64,000 nucleotides of DNA from Candidatus Latescibacterota bacterium (GTDB taxonomy: Bacteria; Latescibacterota; UBA2968; UBA8231), in the NCBI GenBank assembly GCA_965243025.1, contig CBDETY010000003.1, positions 4,960,001-5,024,000 on the forward strand, read 5' to 3'. The position numbers and the translations under genes were made by a program. How positions within the stretch are numbered: position 1 is the first letter of the stretch; the number at the start of each line of letters is the position of its first letter. A model generated the notes under the pieces. The model ran no database searches and was not told where the DNA came from. It was given only the letters and a program-made list of their open reading frames with translations. Of the stretch, positions 1-13,571 are shown one piece after another.

Positions 1-185
1 TCAGGCACCGCCGCGGCCAGACGATCGGTCCCCTCGCGGGCAAGCGGGTAATCGAGGGTTATCACGACACGAGGTGGTTTTACCGGGGCTCTTCTGGGTT
101 CGGGAATGGTCGTTGTCCGGCGTTCCTCGTCGGCAGCGGCGGCCGCCGGGAAGAGCATTGCCAGCAGTATCTGCCTGGAGACCAT
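1..185 (-). CDS. Partial CDS running off the left edge; possibly the N-terminus of a D-2-hydroxyacid dehydrogenase-like protein
   Basis: Manual translation from ATG at 185 gives MVSRQILLAMLFPAAAAADEERR...PPRVVITLDYPLAREGTDRLAAAVP, open to the window edge. It starts directly after the stop of the 187-1695 gene. The product call is weak. Confidence 0.45.
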   Translation of the reverse strand, partial: MVSRQILLAMLFPAAAAADEERRTTTIPEPRRAPVKPPRVVITLDYPLAREGTDRLAAAVP

Positions 186-186
186 C

Positions 187-1695
187 TCAGCTCAGAACAG
201 TCGGCTGCAAGTCCGGAATGTCGATGTCAACCGGGAAGTAGGGGCGCTGGAGCTTGCGGAAAGCCACGTTGCGAACCGAGGCCGGAGTCGGTCCGGGGGT
301 GTCGAGAATGAAAACGGCGGAAGCGGCGTCCGCGTAGACGTTGCGGAAGTTCATGGGGTTCTTGACGACGACGAACTTGGCTGCCAGCGGGTCGATGCCG
401 ACGCTGCGGAACTGTTCGTCCGCCCAGTCGTAGGTGGCGTGGGTGTTGACGAGCACGCGAATGCGGCCGGCGGCGAGTACGGCGGTCGGCCCCATGTCTC
501 CCTCGACGTTGTCCCAGATGCCGCCGGCATAACGGAACTTGCCGTCGCTCAGGTGCACGACCCGACCGCTCACCTGGGCGGGATCGCCCCATTTGGGATC
601 GAGGCGGTGCCCGAGGTCGAGGGTGAGCTCGGCGCCGGCCCCGGCCTCGTGGCAGCGAGCCGCGGCTTCGGGGTCGACGACGGGAACCAGCGAGTCCGGG
701 GCCCCCTCTCCCAGGGCCAGCAATGCCTTCAGGGTGGCGACGCTGTCCCCGCTCGCTCCGCCCCCGGCGCAATCGGCCGCTTCGACGAGAAGCACCGGGC
801 CGCCTGCGGTTTGCAGTCCGCGTTCGATCGCCGCTGCCGGGGCATGGGTTTCCTGCTCGAGATCGTGCCGTGCCTGCCAGTATCGATCCGCTATCTGCCG
901 CGCCATCCGCTTCGCTTTGTCCAGGTCGCCATCGGTGACGACCAGGCCACCGCTTCCCATTCCGGGAGCGTCGAGGTAGGGGTGAACGAGAAAGACGGAG
1001 ACCGAAAGCACCCCCTCGGCCTGCTCGAACCGCTTGCCGAAGCTCATCAGGCGGCCGAACGGTTCGTCCGCGGCGGTGGAGCCGCGGACCCCGCCGGTGA
1101 GCACGGGCACCTTGGCCATCGCCATTGTCGGGTTGCAGCGCCCGGAAACGGCGTCGACCAGGAGACGGGCTCCGCGCTGGCCGGTGGAGAAGGCATCCCG
1201 GTGCGGGTAGGTTTCCCAGGCGACGAGGCCGTCGGCGCTGCGAACCATGGCGGCCGACACGTGCGCGTGCAGATCGAGGGTGGCGACAATCCGGACGCCG
1301 TCCCCCACGCGTTCGCGAACCGCGGTGATCAGGTCTCCCTCGAGGTCGTCGATGTCTTCGGCGGCGGCGGCCCCGTGCAGCAGCAGCAGCACGCCGTCGA
1401 CCGGGAGCGCGTCCTGGAGCCGGCGCAGCAGCTCGCTTTTCAGGGTCCCGTAGCACGAGGCGGTGAGGTAACCCCCCGGGCAGGTGCTGGCGTTCAGCAG
1501 GGGGGCGATGTCACAGCCTGACTCCCGCAGTACCGTCAGTCCTCCGCCCACCACCCCGGAGTCGAGGCTCAGCATGTCGTCGCCGTACTGCAGGTCGTAG
1601 CGCTCGAACCAGTCGAGGTCTATGGGGGAGCCGCCGATGTGGTTGCACTCGGTGAGTATGGAACCGACGGCGATGCGACCGGAAAGGGCTGACAT
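187..1695 (-). CDS. M81 family metallopeptidase (MlrC-like)
   Basis: Motifs ILTECN, LLLLHGAAAA, ATLDLHAH, WETYPHRD, ADCAGGG and DTPGPT. Start reassigned to ATG at 1695 (MSALSGRIAVG). Confidence 0.9.
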   Translation of the reverse strand: MSALSGRIAVGSILTECNHIGGSPIDLDWFERYDLQYGDDMLSLDSGVVGGGLTVLRESGCDIAPLLNASTCPGGYLTASCYGTLKSELLRRLQDALPVDGVLLLLHGAAAAEDIDDLEGDLITAVRERVGDGVRIVATLDLHAHVSAAMVRSADGLVAWETYPHRDAFSTGQRGARLLVDAVSGRCNPTMAMAKVPVLTGGVRGSTAADEPFGRLMSFGKRFEQAEGVLSVSVFLVHPYLDAPGMGSGGLVVTDGDLDKAKRMARQIADRYWQARHDLEQETHAPAAAIERGLQTAGGPVLLVEAADCAGGGASGDSVATLKALLALGEGAPDSLVPVVDPEAAARCHEAGAGAELTLDLGHRLDPKWGDPAQVSGRVVHLSDGKFRYAGGIWDNVEGDMGPTAVLAAGRIRVLVNTHATYDWADEQFRSVGIDPLAAKFVVVKNPMNFRNVYADAASAVFILDTPGPTPASVRNVAFRKLQRPYFPVDIDIPDLQPTVLS

Positions 1696-1703
1696 GGCTG
1701 GTT

Positions 1704-5220
<3,517 letters not shown>

Positions 5221-5254
5221 GATTCCGGGAAGGGAAGTAGCCTGGATCCGGTAT

Positions 5255-6074
5255 CTACGGCGCCAGACTGGCCTTGATGCGCCCCCAGGTCACATCCACC
5301 ACGGAGGTTGCGTCAGTGCCTGGTTCTGCCGGAAGCAGAATTCCGTCCGACCATCCCGGGGTGTCGATCAGCTCATGGAACCCTGAGAAATCCCCGAGGA
5401 CGTACAGATCCTGGGTTCTTCTGATTCCATCGTCACTGTCCAGGTCGACATCATTCACACTTATTCGAAACCCTATGGTTTTTTGCGCCCACAGGTCTGA
5501 AACGAGGCTGTCTTCGGGCTTCTTCCACAACAGCATGTCGAAGGCGGTGGCGTAGAATTCAACCACCCAGACGGAGGGGTTCTCCCCGTTCGCGGAGCCG
5601 CCCCCGTTCCCGTAAGGAGGGTTGCTCCACCAGTCGCCGAACCGGCCCGTGTCTGTCAAGTCCAGATTCGGGGTCTCCGGGCTGAGGTGGAACTGCCTCA
5701 TAATGTTGGGCTGTCTGGTCACAGATGCCGCCGTCTTCGGAAAAAGAGCATGAACCATCACTCTGGGGGGAACCGTCGTGATCGCCGTCGATGAACAGTT
5801 CGATGCGATCCTGGAAGAGAAAGGCGTCGGGATAGGCAATGCTGTCGCCGAAATAGCGATCGTCGAAGGTGAAGTCGAGCGCGGTCAGGGAAGGCTCTCC
5901 AAACAGCTCTTCCCATTCGTCGATCCGGCCATCGGTCACGTCGATCCGGTTCTCGTCAGCTACTTCAAAAAACGGGTAGATGCGATCTCCGACATGAGAG
6001 GTCCCGGGGGTCGGTGTTGCAAGGGTAAAGCCAGGAAGGAGACCGGATACCCGAGCCTGAAAACGGGTGGTCAT
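5255..6074 (-). pseudogene. Frameshifted putative secreted protein with a C-terminal TWGRIK motif
   Basis: ORF 5559-6074 (HVGDRIYPFFE...IDGDHDG...QTAQHYEAV) and ORF 5255-5839 (..PNLDL..DWWSNPPYG..GENPSVWVVEFY...VTWGRIKASLAP) join into one protein if one base is removed from the G4 run at 5670-5673. Confidence 0.6.
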
Positions 6075-6137
6075 TTCAGCGGATGGCAGTTGTAGCCGCG
6101 TCCGTATTGGGAATCGAACAAATCCCTATCAAAGCCA

Positions 6138-7370
6138 TCACTCCAGCACCATCTGCTCGCGCTCGAGGCGGGCGAACATTCCCCGGTACTCCGGACTGCC
6201 GTCGTCGTCCCAGTAAGTGGTCGAAATCGGCGAGTCGTAGCTCATGGGAATGATGCGGCTGCGGTCGGGCCGCACCATGAACAGGGAGTTGTCCGGGTCG
6301 GCGAGGTTGTACATCCGCGCGCCGTTGGCGAACGTCGAACTGATGATCCACCTCTCCTGTCGCGGCAGCGAGAGGCCCTTCAGGCGCTCCAGCTCCTCCC
6401 GGTCGAGGGACACTCCGAGGCCGGGGCTTTCCGGCACTTTCAGGAACCCGTTCACCGGCTCCGGCCGTTCGTTGGTGACGTCGCTCTTCCAGGTTTCGCA
6501 GTCGCTGAAGAAGTGAAAGGCGGCGGTCGGAAAGGCGGCCATCATGTGAACGGTCATCGCCCTCGTGATGTTGCCCCCGACGTTCTGCAGCATGAAGGGG
6601 CAGTTGCCGGCGGCGAACAGGCCGGCCTTGCGGATGGCGTCGCCGATGTGGGCATGGCCGAGCATGCAGGCGTCGGCAGGCTTGCGGAAAATCTCGTACG
6701 TCGCCCCCAGCGGAAAGTGATGCAGGACGATCGGCAGCCGGCTGCGCTCGCGCAGATCGATGTAGCCGTCGACGTCGCCGGGGGGCAGCGGGTCTTCGAA
6801 GCAGCCGGCGATTTCGTACTCCGACAGGCGCTCGAGCAGGTCGGGCATGTGATCGTCGGTGCCGTGCATGGTGAAGTCGTAGTGGATGCGGAATCCCGGC
6901 GGGGCAACCTTCTGCATCGCCTCGGTCTGGTCGAAGACGTTCTCGAAAGGGGACAGGTGGTACTTGAGCCAGGTGTACCCCTGGCGGGAGTACTGTTCGA
7001 CGGCTTCGGCCATGCGCTCCGGGTGCGTCGAAACCGTCCAGCTGCCGACCGGGACCCAGGAGCGGTACTTCTGGCCGATCAGCTTGTAGACCGGGACTCC
7101 CGCGGCCTTTCCCATCAGGTCGTACATCGCCGTGCCCAGGCCCAGGGAGGTCTCGTCTCCCATCCAGTCGAAGGGGTTGGTGCCGATGTACTGGTCGATG
7201 GTTTCCCGCGGTTCGGTGCGCCCGCTCTCGCCGAGGCCGACCAGGCCCTCGTCGGTCTGCACCTCGTAGACGGTGCGCCGCGAGGGGCCGTAATAATGGT
7301 TCAGCTGGTAGGCGATCCAGTCGACGTACTCCAGCTGGATTTCGTGCACGTCGATGGCGGTGATCTTCAT
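6138..7370 (-). CDS. Enolase-superfamily (mandelate racemase/MLE-like) protein with atypical ligands
   Basis: Motifs MKITAID, TDEGLVGLGES, TAMYDLMGKAAGVPVYKLIG, FEDP and PESPGLGV. Confidence 0.85.
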   Translation of the reverse strand: MKITAIDVHEIQLEYVDWIAYQLNHYYGPSRRTVYEVQTDEGLVGLGESGRTEPRETIDQYIGTNPFDWMGDETSLGLGTAMYDLMGKAAGVPVYKLIGQKYRSWVPVGSWTVSTHPERMAEAVEQYSRQGYTWLKYHLSPFENVFDQTEAMQKVAPPGFRIHYDFTMHGTDDHMPDLLERLSEYEIAGCFEDPLPPGDVDGYIDLRERSRLPIVLHHFPLGATYEIFRKPADACMLGHAHIGDAIRKAGLFAAGNCPFMLQNVGGNITRAMTVHMMAAFPTAAFHFFSDCETWKSDVTNERPEPVNGFLKVPESPGLGVSLDREELERLKGLSLPRQERWIISSTFANGARMYNLADPDNSLFMVRPDRSRIIPMSYDSPISTTYWDDDGSPEYRGMFARLEREQMVLE

Positions 7371-7507
7371 TTGTTCCGCTCCCTTGATCTCAGGAGGTCA
7401 GTTCGAAGTCGCTTTGAAGAGGAAGGAGCCAGTCGACTGCTGAACCGACTACCGGATTGTGGGCCCGGAACGGAACGAGTGGACCGGGGAGATCCGACCA
7501 TGCCGGA

Positions 7508-9046
7508 CTAGGCGCCTTCCCGCAGGGGGAGCTCGAAACAGGCCGCCTCCTCGTTGTTGCGCACCAGCAGATAGGGTGCGGCAAGTGCGGGGTTGTTCCA
7601 CGTCTTCGAGCCCAGCGCCTCGAGGCGGGCCCGTTCGACATGCCGCTCCGGGTTCGCTTCGACGAGGACGACCTCCCCGGACTCGGCCTGGATCAGCAAC
7701 AGGTCCTCCACCAGGATGAGCTGGCCGTGACCGTAGCGGCCCTTCTTCCAGCGCCGCTCGCCCGAAACCGGGTCGAGGCAGACGAGAACGCCGTCGTCCA
7801 GTCCGTAAACCGAGCCGTCGTGGAAAACGACGTTGGTGAACTTTGCCTTGAGTCGCGGCGACTCCCACCTGAGGGAGGCGCTCAGCCCGCCGCCCGGGGT
7901 CGCGGCGACGTCGTACAGCCTCGAGCCGATGCCGTACCCGCTCGACACCAGGACCCGGTCGCCCGGAAGCGGGACCGGCTGGGCGACGCACTCGGTGCCG
8001 CCCGGCCAGGGCTGGCGCCACAGCACCTCGCCATCGAGCGGCGAGTGCGAGACCACCGCTTTTCTGGCAAAGACCAGGATCTGACGGCGCCCCGCCAGCT
8101 GCGCCAGCGACGGTGAGCTGTACCCCGCCTTTGCCCGGCCCCCGGTCCAGACGACATCCCCCCGGTCGGCGTGATAGGCTGCCAGGGAGCGGCCTTCGAC
8201 GCCCCCCGGGCTGACGACGACGAGGCTGTCGAGAACAAGTGGGGATGCGCTGATTCCCCAGATCGGGGCCTGGCCTTCGTTGTCGGCGACGATGTCGCGC
8301 GACCAGCGCAGGCGTCCGGTCTCGAGATCCAGGGAGTTGAGAATTCCGGTGGCCCCCATCGTGTACACGCGATCCCCGGCGATCGTCGGCGTCGCCCGCG
8401 GCCCGATGCCGGCCAGGGTCGATTCATACCGGGTGCTGTCGGCGTGGGCCCATACCACCTCTCCCGTCAGGAGGTCGTAGCAGACCACCGTTTCCAGCGG
8501 CCCCCGTTGCTCCTGGGTCACGGCGCGGCCGTGCGCCACCGCAAAGGCCGACCAGCCATCGCCGACCTCGCGCCGCCACAGTTCCCGGGGCGGGCGCCGC
8601 TGCCAGTCGGGATCGAGGTGGACGCCGCGCAGGCGGGCGTTGCGGCCGGGCCCCAGGAACTGCGGGTACCAGGCGCTGTTCTCCTCGACCGTCCCGGCGC
8701 CGCCGGAGGGCAGTCCGGGACCGCCGGAGGACCATCTCCAGGCGAGGATGGGGATGAAATCGCCGCTGACCCCCTCGATGCGGAACAGGGCCCCGAACAG
8801 CGTCAGCAACAGCGCGGCGATGCCGAGGCTGAGCCACCGGCGGATCCAGGGCAGCCTCGAGAAGAAGAGCAGCCAGACGGCGAGGGCGAGGAGTCCCAGG
8901 AAAAGGATCTGGAAGGCGACGAAAGTCTGGCCCTGGCGGTGTGGGACGTCTCGCAGGCCGTTGGCGACCAGGCCGGCGGCACACAGGAGGAGGATCCCCG
9001 CCGCCGGCCACCAGCGCAAACCTCCCCTATCGGCCTGGCCGGACAT
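7508..9046 (-). CDS. Membrane-anchored PQQ-like beta-propeller repeat protein
   Basis: Three N-terminal TM segments, then WYPQFLGPGRN, GPRATPT, GYSSP, the repeated CxDxxxGxxxW pattern and KTWNNP. Confidence 0.85.
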   Translation of the reverse strand: MSGQADRGGLRWWPAAGILLLCAAGLVANGLRDVPHRQGQTFVAFQILFLGLLALAVWLLFFSRLPWIRRWLSLGIAALLLTLFGALFRIEGVSGDFIPILAWRWSSGGPGLPSGGAGTVEENSAWYPQFLGPGRNARLRGVHLDPDWQRRPPRELWRREVGDGWSAFAVAHGRAVTQEQRGPLETVVCYDLLTGEVVWAHADSTRYESTLAGIGPRATPTIAGDRVYTMGATGILNSLDLETGRLRWSRDIVADNEGQAPIWGISASPLVLDSLVVVSPGGVEGRSLAAYHADRGDVVWTGGRAKAGYSSPSLAQLAGRRQILVFARKAVVSHSPLDGEVLWRQPWPGGTECVAQPVPLPGDRVLVSSGYGIGSRLYDVAATPGGGLSASLRWESPRLKAKFTNVVFHDGSVYGLDDGVLVCLDPVSGERRWKKGRYGHGQLILVEDLLLIQAESGEVVLVEANPERHVERARLEALGSKTWNNPALAAPYLLVRNNEEAACFELPLREGA

Positions 9047-9081
9047 GTCGTTCTGCCAACGGAGCGGGGTCTGGAAAAACC

Positions 9082-9939
9082 CTACTCCATCTCACCTTTC
9101 CGGGCCTTGTCCTGAAGCTCGTAGAGCGACGCGGTCACTCCCCCTTTGTAGAGCGGTACCGGGAAGCGGGTCATAGTGAAGCGGGCGAACGGCATGGGCT
9201 CGCCGCGGACGAGCCGCACCGAAGCCTCGGTTCTGGAAGTCATTTCCCCGGTGTAGACGGGATAGGCGTCGGCGGCGCGGTAGCTGAGTATGAGGGTGCG
9301 GCGGGGGCGGTTGGAGCGGTTGGTGGCCGAAGCGTGCGGGGTCATGCAGTGCATGAAGATGGCCGTTCCCGCCCTTCCCCCGACTCCGACGGCCCCGGAG
9401 TCGTCCACCGCACCGGTGACGCGGCCCTCAAAGAACCGGTCTCCCGCATGAGGCATGAGGTCGTCCTGGTGGCGGCCCGGGATCATCCGCAGGAAGCCGT
9501 TCTCCTCGTCGGTGTCGTCGAGGTAGAAGAGTACGGCCAGCGAGTCGCGGTTGGTCAGGGGGTAGTACGAGAGGTCCTGGTGCCACTCGACGACCGAGCC
9601 GATTTCGGCCGGTTTCATGTTGAGCTTGCTGTAGTGGAAGAGGATGTTGGGGCCGAGAAGCTGTTCGAGGCAGTTGAGGAGCTTTTCGGACTGCGAAAGA
9701 TCCCGGAAGCGCGGGTAATGGGAGCAGGGCTCGTACAGGCGCCGCACGCTGGTGCCGTCAGGAGGCTGGTTCGGCTCCATCTCCATGCGCGTCTCGTCGT
9801 GGTCGGCGAGGGTGTTGCCGGCGCAGATCGATTCGACGTCGTCGAGAATGTTCTCAACTTCCCGGGGAGACAGGAGTCCTTCGAGAAAAGTGAAGCCGTC
9901 GCGGCGGTAAGCCTGTACCTGCTCGGGGGAAAAATGCAT
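9082..9939 (-). CDS. Phytanoyl-CoA dioxygenase (PhyH) family Fe(II)/2OG enzyme
   Basis: Motifs YRRDGF, WHQD (HxD), ENGFLRMIPG, distal His (TPHAS) and NRSNRPRR. Confidence 0.9.
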   Translation of the reverse strand: MHFSPEQVQAYRRDGFTFLEGLLSPREVENILDDVESICAGNTLADHDETRMEMEPNQPPDGTSVRRLYEPCSHYPRFRDLSQSEKLLNCLEQLLGPNILFHYSKLNMKPAEIGSVVEWHQDLSYYPLTNRDSLAVLFYLDDTDEENGFLRMIPGRHQDDLMPHAGDRFFEGRVTGAVDDSGAVGVGGRAGTAIFMHCMTPHASATNRSNRPRRTLILSYRAADAYPVYTGEMTSRTEASVRLVRGEPMPFARFTMTRFPVPLYKGGVTASLYELQDKARKGEME

Positions 9940-9956
9940 GGGGGAGCCTCCTTTTT

Positions 9957-10790
9957 TCAGATCGGGAAACCGGCTTTACGGAGGAATTCGGCCACCTGTC
10001 TCCAGTAGTCGTCCCAGTCGGTCGGGCAGTCGCCGTGGCCGCACGTGTAGGTGAGAAGCGTTCCCTTCCCGGCCTCCGCCGCTAATTTCCGCCCTTGCTC
10101 GTAGGGGATCAAGCGATCCTCGGTGCCGTGGAGAACCAGAACAGGGCCGGGATAGGACCGCACCACCCCCAGGTTGTCGAACGGGTCGAGGACGAGAAAC
10201 CGGGGGATCATGAATTCACCTGCCATGTCGCGGACGCTGGAAAAGGTCGAGAACAGGATCATCGCCCTGCTCGGCCGCTTCGCCGCAAGCGCACAGACAG
10301 CCCCCCCTCCGAGGGAACGGCCGAAGAGGAGAATGCGCTCGCCGTCGACGTCCGGGCGCGCGACCAGGCTGTCGTAGGCGGCGACGAACCCCTCGGTAAC
10401 GCTGGCCTCGGAAGGAGAACCGTCCGAGCGGCCGTACCCGGGGTACTCCACCAGGTACACGGCCATTCCCAGGTCGAGGAAGCGCATGAACTTGCCGGGA
10501 TAGGTCGCCGGGTAGTCGTCGATCAGCTCCGTGTTGCCGTGGGCGATGACGACCGCGGGCCAGGGGCCCTCGCCGCCGGTGGCCGGCGGGAAGAACCAGG
10601 CTTCCACCTGTCCGAAGCCGGTCTCGATCTGCAGCACTTCGGCGCCGAAGGGGCCGAGCTCCACCGGGGCGGGCTCGGAGATCTGGTGGCGTGGGAACAG
10701 CATGGCGCGCTGGCCGGCGAACAGGACCCCGCAGTACAGGGCATAGATACCGGCGAGACCGAGGGCAATTGTTATCACGGAGAACCTCAT
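9957..10790 (-). CDS. Alpha/beta hydrolase with an N-terminal membrane anchor
   Basis: Motifs HGN, EYPGYGRS, GRSLGG (nucleophile), HGTED and GHGD. Confidence 0.88.
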   Translation of the reverse strand: MRFSVITIALGLAGIYALYCGVLFAGQRAMLFPRHQISEPAPVELGPFGAEVLQIETGFGQVEAWFFPPATGGEGPWPAVVIAHGNTELIDDYPATYPGKFMRFLDLGMAVYLVEYPGYGRSDGSPSEASVTEGFVAAYDSLVARPDVDGERILLFGRSLGGGAVCALAAKRPSRAMILFSTFSSVRDMAGEFMIPRFLVLDPFDNLGVVRSYPGPVLVLHGTEDRLIPYEQGRKLAAEAGKGTLLTYTCGHGDCPTDWDDYWRQVAEFLRKAGFPI

Positions 10791-10802
10791 TCCATCTGCG
10801 GG

Positions 10803-11516
10803 TCAGCAGCCGAGAAGCCCGGCAAGCTCGGCAAAGTCAGGTGCGGTCATGTCGAATGGCCGGTTCGCTTCCCGGTCGAGGTTTCCGACCGGGCCGTACT
10901 CGAGCGGCCGGGGCACGAAGGCGGTGCGGAAGCCTGCCGCCCGCGCTCCCTCCAGGTCGTGAACGTGGGCGGCGACCATCAGGATCCGATGCGGGGGCAG
11001 GTCGAGCAGATCCGCGGCAGTTTCATACACTTCCGGGTCCGGTTTGTAGTGCCGGGCATTTTCCGCCGACAGAACGCAGTCCCAGGGCAGGCCGGCGTGC
11101 CTGGCCATGTTGACCAGCAGGGCGACGTTGCCGTTTGAAAGGGCGGCGACCACGTACCGGGAACGCAGGCGCCGCAGCCCCTCGACGGCGTCCGGCCACG
11201 GGATCAGCCGGTGCCACACGCGGTTGAGGTGGTCGATCTCTTCTTCCGTCAATCCCCGGATGCCGAATTCTCCGAGGAGGCGGTCGAGGATCATTCGATG
11301 CAGGGCGTCGATCTTCGTCCACGGCAGCTGACCGCGCCGAACCCGGTCCATCGCCGGCTCGTACCCGCCCCTCCAGGCGTCGGCGAACGCCGCCCAGTCG
11401 ACGTCGATTCCCTTTTCCCCGGTCAGCCGTTCCCCTTCGCGGACGATGCTGGTCCGCCAGTCGACGACGGTGCCGAAGACGTCGAAAGTCAGGGCCTTTA
11501 CTTCGGGAAGCAGCAC
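10803..11516 (-). CDS. Haloacid dehalogenase type II
   Basis: Motifs FDVFGTVVDWR, LSNGN, YKPDPEVY and MVAAHVHDL. Confidence 0.92.
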   Translation of the reverse strand: MLLPEVKALTFDVFGTVVDWRTSIVREGERLTGEKGIDVDWAAFADAWRGGYEPAMDRVRRGQLPWTKIDALHRMILDRLLGEFGIRGLTEEEIDHLNRVWHRLIPWPDAVEGLRRLRSRYVVAALSNGNVALLVNMARHAGLPWDCVLSAENARHYKPDPEVYETAADLLDLPPHRILMVAAHVHDLEGARAAGFRTAFVPRPLEYGPVGNLDREANRPFDMTAPDFAELAGLLGC

Positions 11517-11519
11517 CGG

Positions 11520-12758
11520 TCAGTGCCCCAGGTTCCGGTCGGCGAAGTCGAGGTACTGCTCCCAGTCGAACCGCAGAACGTCGTGTCTGCCCTCGCGCAG
11601 GTGGTAGCCGATGCCTCCGTGCATCGGGGTGTCAACGGCCGGCATTTCCAGGCCGGAAAGACCATCTGCCCCCAGCAGCCGGTACACGGGGTCGGCGTGA
11701 ACGCAGGCGAGGAACTCGCCGCGCGGGTCGGCCCAGAGGTCTTGGGCGGCGCTTGCGACGTACACCGGACGAGGGGCTGCCAGGGCGATGAGCATGTGCT
11801 GATCGACAGGAAGCTCATCCTCGCGGCCGTTGTAGCGTCTGAACCGGTCGCAGAACCAGTGCGGGAACCTCGTGTTGATGAAGGCGACGTTTTCCCCGTA
11901 GCGCCGCCGCGACAGGGCGGCTCCGCCGCACCCGGAGTTGTTGCTGACGACCATGGCGAAGCGCTCGTCGCAGGCGCCGGCCCACAAGGCGGTCTTGCCG
12001 AGGCGGGAGTGCCCCATCACCGCCACCCGGCTCGCGTCGACGTCGGCATCGGTTTCCAGGTAGTCGCGGACGCGGCAAAGGCCCCAGGCCCAGGCGCCGA
12101 TCGTGCCCCAGTCCCCGGGGGCGGGACCGGTTTGCCCGTCAAGGGAATAGAGAGGGTGCACCCCGTTCCGGTAGCCGTCGTCGAAATCCGGGTCGAAATC
12201 CCCGCAGTAAGCGGTCGCCAGCCCGTAACCGCGGCTCAGGAGCAGCTCTACCTGCCAGCGGTGCGCCAGGGTGCCCCTCGTGCGGTCGTTGGCGCGGTTG
12301 TCCTCGACTCCCAGGCTGTCGCTGTTGCGAACCCAGCTGTCGGTAAGGAGAATCGCCGGATCGTCCTTCACGGTCTGGTTGCCGAAGAAGTTGAGACCGG
12401 CGAACACCGGCACCGGTTGCGAGCGTGAAGCCGGCAGGTAGAGCACAATCCCCGCCTTGGCGACGTGGCGGTCGGTCTTCCAGGTCAGCGAGATCTGCCG
12501 GCGGGTCGCCCAGTCCCCGAGGGCCCCCTCCTCGACCACCTCGACAGCTGTGGCTATTTCCGGGTCGGCGGGAGGACCGGGTGTCCTGCCGTACACGTGA
12601 TCCTCGAACAGACGCAGGATTTCCCGCCGCCGCCGCGGCCATGCGGCTGCGCCGACGGGGGAGCCGTCCTCGAAATGGAGGGGATCGGGCAGCTCGTGCT
12701 CCGGAACCGCTTCCTCGTCGTAGTTGATCGGTATCCGGGATGCGGCGTCGGCGCTCAC
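11520..12758 (-). CDS. CE15 glucuronoyl esterase-like carbohydrate esterase
   Basis: Motifs NYDE..VP..ELPDPL, IGAWAWG, GHSRLGK, SGCGGAAL, DQH and DLWADPRGE. Probable GTG start at 12758. Confidence 0.88.
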   Translation of the reverse strand: MSADAASRIPINYDEEAVPEHELPDPLHFEDGSPVGAAAWPRRRREILRLFEDHVYGRTPGPPADPEIATAVEVVEEGALGDWATRRQISLTWKTDRHVAKAGIVLYLPASRSQPVPVFAGLNFFGNQTVKDDPAILLTDSWVRNSDSLGVEDNRANDRTRGTLAHRWQVELLLSRGYGLATAYCGDFDPDFDDGYRNGVHPLYSLDGQTGPAPGDWGTIGAWAWGLCRVRDYLETDADVDASRVAVMGHSRLGKTALWAGACDERFAMVVSNNSGCGGAALSRRRYGENVAFINTRFPHWFCDRFRRYNGREDELPVDQHMLIALAAPRPVYVASAAQDLWADPRGEFLACVHADPVYRLLGADGLSGLEMPAVDTPMHGGIGYHLREGRHDVLRFDWEQYLDFADRNLGH

Positions 12759-13555
12759 GGTTTTCGCAGCAGCTCCATGGCCGCCTCCACGTCGGGAAGC
12801 AGGCAGGTGTAGCGGTCTCCCCTGGGGCCGGCCTGCCCGCGCACCAGGAACACCGGATGGGGGTGGGTGTCCAGGTCGACCCAGGCGGTGTCGGTGCTGC
12901 AGTAGCGGATCGTGTACCCCGCCCGCCGGCCCCGGCTGCGGTTCTCGTCGCTGCCGTGGAGAATGAAGGAGTCGTGGATCGACAGGCTGCCCGCGCTCAT
13001 CTCGAGCGTTACCGCCGACTCCTCCAGTTCCCTCGAGACCGGCACGCTCCTGTGAAGCATCTGGTCGGCGCCGGAATCCACCGTCTCCAGCTCTTTCCAG
13101 CCGCGGTGGGAGCCGGGGATGACCTTCATGGCGCTGTTGGCGGCATCGGCGTCGTCGACGGCGAGCCACAGGGTGATGACATCGGTGCCGTGCACGCTGG
13201 GCCAGTAGGTGTTGTCCTGGTGCCAGCCGACTTTCAACGGGCTGGCGGGCGGCTTGATGAAGACGCTGGAGAAGACGAGGATGAGATTGGGCCCCAGTAT
13301 CGATTCGATTGCGTCGAGAACGCGGGGATGGCGGCAGAGGTCGAGCCAGCGCAGGTCGCGGACATGGGGCTCGCCGACGTAGTCGCCCCGGTCCATGGAC
13401 CCGTTGCGGCCAGCGGGCGGCGGCAGCGGAGCGGCCAGCGCCTCGTCGAGCATGGCCCCCAGGCGCACGGTCTCTTCAGCGGACAGGACGCCGCGGAACA
13501 GGCAGTATCCCAGCTCGCCGAACCGCGCCGGGTCGGTGTTCAGATCGCTCGGCAT
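12755..13555 (-). CDS. PhyH family Fe(II)/2OG dioxygenase
   Basis: Motifs WHQDNTYW, WLAVDD, IPGSH and ILHGS..N.S..RRAG. Start placed at ATG 13555. Confidence 0.9.
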   Translation of the reverse strand: MPSDLNTDPARFGELGYCLFRGVLSAEETVRLGAMLDEALAAPLPPPAGRNGSMDRGDYVGEPHVRDLRWLDLCRHPRVLDAIESILGPNLILVFSSVFIKPPASPLKVGWHQDNTYWPSVHGTDVITLWLAVDDADAANSAMKVIPGSHRGWKELETVDSGADQMLHRSVPVSRELEESAVTLEMSAGSLSIHDSFILHGSDENRSRGRRAGYTIRYCSTDTAWVDLDTHPHPVFLVRGQAGPRGDRYTCLLPDVEAAMELLRKP

Positions 13556-13571
13556 CTCCTCAACTGGCGCA

